From contig CAWECG010000001.1 in the NCBI GenBank assembly GCA_963807605.1, forward strand, positions 128,001 through 192,000: a DNA stretch of 64,000 bases. Direction: 5' to 3'. Of the stretch, positions 59,998 to 64,000 are shown one piece after another (position 1 is the stretch's first letter; every line of letters starts with the position of its first letter). Below the pieces are notes generated by a model. It worked only from the letters and a program-made list of their open reading frames with translations. It did no database searches and was not told the origin of the DNA. The position numbers were made by a program, and so were the translations under genes. This DNA comes from Candidatus Bathyarchaeota archaeon (lineage in GTDB: Archaea; Thermoproteota; Bathyarchaeia; 40CM-2-53-6; RBG-13-38-9).

Positions 59998-61290
59998 ATG
60001 AGAGCCGTCATCCTCGCCGCCGGTGAAGGAGTAAGACTAAGGCCGCTCACAGAGAACAGACCAAAACATATGATTCCGATAGCAGGCCGGCCACTTCTTC
60101 AACATGTTATTGAGGCCTTCAAACACAATGGTGTGCAGAAATTTACTATTGTTGTGGGATATCTGAGCGAGGTTATCGAGCGTTCCCTCTCTGATGGTCG
60201 TGGCCTCGGAGTTGACATCACCTATGTTCATCAACGCAAGGCTCGAGGTACGGCTGACGCAGTTGCGCAACTACATGATCAGCTTGACGAGTCACGTTTC
60301 CTGCTGTGCTATGGCGACATCTACGTCTCTCAGAGTGCCCTTGCGGAAGTTATGAAAGCCTTCAACGACAAATCAGTTGACGCCGCGATGGCTGTCGTAA
60401 AAGTCAAGGACCAAGAGCACTACGGATTAGTCACAATCCACGAAGGATACGTAAAAGAGATCATCGAAAAACCGAAGCGCCCTTCGCCAGCTGGATTCGC
60501 CAACGCGGGCATATACGTCTTCGAAAAGAGCATATTCGATGGTGTAAAGAGGACGGCAAAATCCCCCAGAGGAGAACTTGAATTAACAGATTCAATAGCG
60601 AATCTCATAAGATCTGGCATCAAGGTCAAACCAGTTCTAATAGACCAAAAGGACTGGCTTGACATAGGGCGTCCTTGGGATCTTTTTCAGGCCAATGAGA
60701 GAGCTCTGCAGGCGATCCAACCCACCAAGGAAGGTTACGTCGAGAGTACTACGGTTCTGATGGGTCCCGTCACTGTGAAACCGGGAGTAAAGGTTCTTTC
60801 AGGATGCCGCGTGGAGGGTCCAGCATACGTGGGCGAAAGGTCTGTAATCGGTCCGAATTGCTACATCAGACCCTATACCAGCATCGGCCAAGACGTCAGA
60901 GTTGGAAACGGCTGCGAGATCAAGAACTGCATAATCATGAATCGCACAAAGATACCGCATCAGAGCTACTTTGGAGACAGCATAATAGGTGAAGAATGCA
61001 ATTTCGGTGCTGGAACTTTGACGGGAAACCTGCGACTTGATGAAAGGACTGTTCTAATGAGGATCAAGAGAAAGATTGTTGATAGTGGAAGGAGGAAGCT
61101 TGGAGCGATAATTGGAGACGCCGTCAGCACCGGGGTAAACGTCAATCTTATGCCTGGCGTTAAAGTAGGTTCAAGAACAGCCATAGGCCCCGGAGTTATA
61201 GTATACAAAGACCTTCCCGCAAACGTCAAGGTTCTGCTAAAACAAACCACCGTAAAGAAGATGAGAAAAGAATCAAATGAAAAGGTTTGA
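59998..61290 (+). CDS. glmU: Bifunctional sugar-1-phosphate nucleotidyltransferase / acetyltransferase
   Basis: ILAAGEGVRLRPLT..PK, SPRGELELTD, hexapeptide repeats, RRKLGAIIGD. Confidence 0.92.
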   Translation: MRAVILAAGEGVRLRPLTENRPKHMIPIAGRPLLQHVIEAFKHNGVQKFTIVVGYLSEVIERSLSDGRGLGVDITYVHQRKARGTADAVAQLHDQLDESRFLLCYGDIYVSQSALAEVMKAFNDKSVDAAMAVVKVKDQEHYGLVTIHEGYVKEIIEKPKRPSPAGFANAGIYVFEKSIFDGVKRTAKSPRGELELTDSIANLIRSGIKVKPVLIDQKDWLDIGRPWDLFQANERALQAIQPTKEGYVESTTVLMGPVTVKPGVKVLSGCRVEGPAYVGERSVIGPNCYIRPYTSIGQDVRVGNGCEIKNCIIMNRTKIPHQSYFGDSIIGEECNFGAGTLTGNLRLDERTVLMRIKRKIVDSGRRKLGAIIGDAVSTGVNVNLMPGVKVGSRTAIGPGVIVYKDLPANVKVLLKQTTVKKMRKESNEKV

Positions 61291-61293
61291 GAA

Positions 61294-61617
61294 TTGGTGG
61301 AACTAGACAAGGATACACTCCGAAAAAAGTATCCGAACCTTTGGGGCGAGCTTGAGAGCATCCCTGCCGCAAGACCACACAGTAGGAAGATTCAGAATGA
61401 CATGTTTCGAGGCTATGCCCCTAACGTGATAGACTATCTCAGAAGATGTGATAGAAGCGAGCAAGCGGAGAAAACAATCTCGTACCTCGTTGAGCATAAT
61501 GAGATAACTGCCGATTACGCCGAGGGACTGCGCAAACAATTGAGGGAAAGGGGTCTAAGGAGCTTCGGGCCGAGGAAAAGAGAGGGATTCTATTTGAAAG
61601 AGGCCGGCCGGACTTAG
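61294..61617 (+). CDS. DUF2095 family protein
   Basis: YPNL..GYAPNVIDYLRRC..GLRSFG..GFY. Confidence 0.82.
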   Translation: MVELDKDTLRKKYPNLWGELESIPAARPHSRKIQNDMFRGYAPNVIDYLRRCDRSEQAEKTISYLVEHNEITADYAEGLRKQLRERGLRSFGPRKREGFYLKEAGRT

Positions 61618-61777
61618 GAAATCTGGCGCAGGTACCAAATAGTGTTGAGAACACCTTCTAACCATACTCCTTGCAGAACCTCTTCCTAGGAAGGTTTATC
61701 AAGAGATTTGCAGAAGTACGCCATCATCTTCATGTAGGATGTAAGAATACCACATTCAATCACATTAGTGAGGACGC

Positions 61778-62242
61778 TTGAGTTCTTCCAATAGTCTCAC
61801 AGGCAAGACGTTGCGCAATCGAGGACAGGTTACAGAGCAGACGATGCGCCAACTTGCATTCAAGTGGCGTAGAGATCCAGCTATTTTGCGCGTCGAGAAA
61901 CCCACAAGGTTGGATCGCGCTAGAAGACTCGGTTACAAGGCCAAACAAGGCTTCACAGTCGTTAGAATCAGAATCCGAAAGAGTGGAGCTAGGAAGAAAA
62001 GGCCAACCTCAGGACGCAGACAGAAAGCGATGGGTGTAAGAAAGATCAAGTGGGCCAAGAGTGGCAAACAGATTGCAGAAGAGAGGGTGGCCAAGAGATA
62101 TCCGAACATGGAGGTGCTTAATTCATACTTCCTCTGGGCCGATGGCAAGTACCTCTGGACAGAGATCCTTCTTGTCGATCCAAGCCATCCTGCCGTAATG
62201 AGCGATCCTCGGGTTAAGTGGATTTCGAGAATCGGAGACTAG
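61778..62242 (+). CDS. rpl15e: Ribosomal protein L15e, lacking the usual C-terminal tail
   Basis: PTRLDRARRLGYKAKQG, IAEERV..NMEVLNSY, ILLVDPSHP. Confidence 0.96.
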   Translation: MSSSNSLTGKTLRNRGQVTEQTMRQLAFKWRRDPAILRVEKPTRLDRARRLGYKAKQGFTVVRIRIRKSGARKKRPTSGRRQKAMGVRKIKWAKSGKQIAEERVAKRYPNMEVLNSYFLWADGKYLWTEILLVDPSHPAVMSDPRVKWISRIGD

Positions 62243-62260
62243 CACTATAGGGAGCTCTTA

Positions 62261-62647
62261 TTGATGGAAATTCGGCCGAAAGTCGTCCGGAGACCGGTGA
62301 CAATGCAGAGGAAGAGCCTTGGAAGAGGTTTCTCGAAGTCTGAACTCAAAGAGGTTGGACTTTCGAGTAGCACCGCGAGAAGATTGGGAATAGTGACTGA
62401 TGATCGAAGGAAGAGTAAGCACCAGGTAAACGTCGATAGTCTTCAAGAGATGCTCAAGACTACTGGAAAAAGTATCCCTGAGCTGGTAAAAGAAGCAGCC
62501 CCTACGAGAATCCGTTTCACGAGCGGACCTCATTATGGAAGGGCTCAGAGAGGATTAACTTCTTCGGGCAAAAGGATGCGTGGGCTTTTTAGGTCGAGAG
62601 GATCTAGAGGCACGCGTGGATACAAATTCAAGAAGCTGAAACGCTGA
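62261..62647 (+). CDS. rpl13e: Ribosomal protein L13e with an L15e-like C-terminal extension
   Basis: GRGFSKSELKEVGL..ARRLGI..DDRRKS..NV, then HYGRAQRGLTSSGKRMRGL. Confidence 0.9.
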   Translation: MMEIRPKVVRRPVTMQRKSLGRGFSKSELKEVGLSSSTARRLGIVTDDRRKSKHQVNVDSLQEMLKTTGKSIPELVKEAAPTRIRFTSGPHYGRAQRGLTSSGKRMRGLFRSRGSRGTRGYKFKKLKR

Positions 62648-62714
62648 AGCTGCAAACTAATTTCTCAATCTTGAAGTGCTCATCTCATATCACACGTACA
62701 GTTGAAGACGGCCT

Positions 62715-63527
62715 ATGGACCTGACCGTTATAAAACTGGGAGGATCGGTGATAACTGAAAAGGATGGCACCTCGTCATTTAACAGATCACTTCTGGACGA
62801 GATCGCCGAGGAGTTGGCCGAGATAAAGACAAGACTACTCCTCATTCATGGAGCAGGAAGCTTCGGGCATCCAATTGCAAAGAAATATGCTATTGATGAA
62901 GGGTATAAGGACTGTGAGCAGCTGAAGGGCGTCACTGAAACAAAGTGCTCAATGCTTTCTCTCACATTGATGATCACTCAATCGCTAGCTGATCACAACA
63001 TTCCGGTAGTTCCATTCCTATCTTCCAGCTGCATGGTTGCTGAGGCAGGAAGACTGGTCAGAATCGATCTCGATCCATTCAGGGTGATGCTCAACCTTGG
63101 TCTCGTACCTTTATGTAGCGGGGACGTTGTGGCGGATCTGAAAATGGGATTCTGTATAGTCTCCGGCGACCAAATAGCTGTACATCTAGCCGAGAAGCTG
63201 GATGCTAAACGAGTAATATTCGGATGCGACGTTGACGGAGTCTTCGACTCTGACCCAAAGAAAAACCCGAACGCGAAATTGATTAGGCTAATCACGCCCA
63301 AGAGTTTGAAGAAGCAGATGGATTTTCTAGGGGAGTCGGCAGCGACTGATGTCACTGAAGGTATGCTAGGAAAGATCAAGGAATCAATCGAGCTAGTCTC
63401 TAGCGGCAAAGAGGTCGTAATAATCAATCTCAGACGGCCGAAGATTCTTACCAGGTTCTTTGAGGGTCAAGATGTTCCATGTACGCGATTGGTTTCAGAT
63501 AATGAGAAAGCGAGATCCTCTATTTAA
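62715..63527 (+). CDS. ipk: Isopentenyl phosphate kinase
   Basis: KLGGSVITEK, HGAGSFGH, SGD, DVTEGMLGK. Confidence 0.93.
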   Translation: MDLTVIKLGGSVITEKDGTSSFNRSLLDEIAEELAEIKTRLLLIHGAGSFGHPIAKKYAIDEGYKDCEQLKGVTETKCSMLSLTLMITQSLADHNIPVVPFLSSSCMVAEAGRLVRIDLDPFRVMLNLGLVPLCSGDVVADLKMGFCIVSGDQIAVHLAEKLDAKRVIFGCDVDGVFDSDPKKNPNAKLIRLITPKSLKKQMDFLGESAATDVTEGMLGKIKESIELVSSGKEVVIINLRRPKILTRFFEGQDVPCTRLVSDNEKARSSI

Positions 63528-63574
63528 CTAAAGAATCAAGTTTGTATGATCGACTTTCAAATCACTCTGCTCCG

Positions 63575-64000
63575 GTGAGAATATTGAATATCACGCAGGT
63601 CTTAAACGAGACAAGCCGGGCAGTCGATCCCATCATGTTGAAATATCTCAAGGGTGGTTCCGCGAAGGATTTCCTGCCCATTGTGACTCACCAAGTGAAA
63701 GCGGGAGGAAAGCGGGTGAGGCCCGCATTAACACTGCTAAGCTGTCAAGCTTGTGGAGGCAAGCGTGAAGACGCACTCCTTGCTGCCGCTATGATAGAGC
63801 TCATCCACAACTACTCACTCATAATGGACGACATAATCGATCATGGAGAGTTGCGAAGAGGCTTGCCCACTGTCAGAGCACGATACGGCGACCCCCAAGC
63901 ACTACTCGCCGGGATGTTTCACCGAGAAGTCCTAAGCGAAATAGCCCAAGACTCCTCCAGGCCCAAAGAGATGCATGGCCTTCTAGTCAACTCGATCAAA
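63575..64000 (+). CDS. Polyprenyl (GGPP) synthase, partial, runs off the window
   Basis: GGKRVRP, ELIHNYSLIMDDIID..RRGLPT. Confidence 0.92.
   Translation, partial: MRILNITQVLNETSRAVDPIMLKYLKGGSAKDFLPIVTHQVKAGGKRVRPALTLLSCQACGGKREDALLAAAMIELIHNYSLIMDDIIDHGELRRGLPTVRARYGDPQALLAGMFHREVLSEIAQDSSRPKEMHGLLVNSIK

Overview
Archaeal chromosome segment. The gene set (eL13, eS24, aIF2-gamma, TBP, Alba, the LysW pathway, isopentenyl phosphate kinase) points to a TACK-type archaeon, plausibly Bathyarchaeia; that taxonomy is inferred. Contents: (i) a rearranged translation/KEOPS cluster (rdgB, bud32, kae1, aIF2g, PIN, rpoE1, spt4, DUF359, eS27a, eS24, eS6, aIF5B, ndk, eL24, eS28, L7Ae), split by an ~11.4 kb accessory patchwork at 3875-15335; (ii) LysW-dependent Arg and Lys operons with an IS5 insertion; (iii) ilv/leu/hac genes; (iv) a his operon and pheA; (v) uS15, DHH nuclease, pcc1, methanogen-type serS, eS1, glmM, glmU, eL15, eL13, ipk and a partial prenyl synthase. 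Main signals found by reading the sequence: a 37-nt bulge-helix-bulge mRNA intron in the P-loop codons of aIF5B; a Leu/Ile/Val-rich leader peptide with mutually exclusive hairpins upstream of ilvB, resembling bacterial attenuation; an AGCGCGCGCT-like palindrome at the junctions of foreign or truncated DNA, including an in-place replacement of the native leuB-family gene; a dispersed repeat with tRNA-3'-end geometry in the island; and an eL15 C-terminal tail relocated onto eL13. Several single-base frameshifts in housekeeping genes look like sequencing errors. All product calls rest on motif recognition by eye; no database searches were run.
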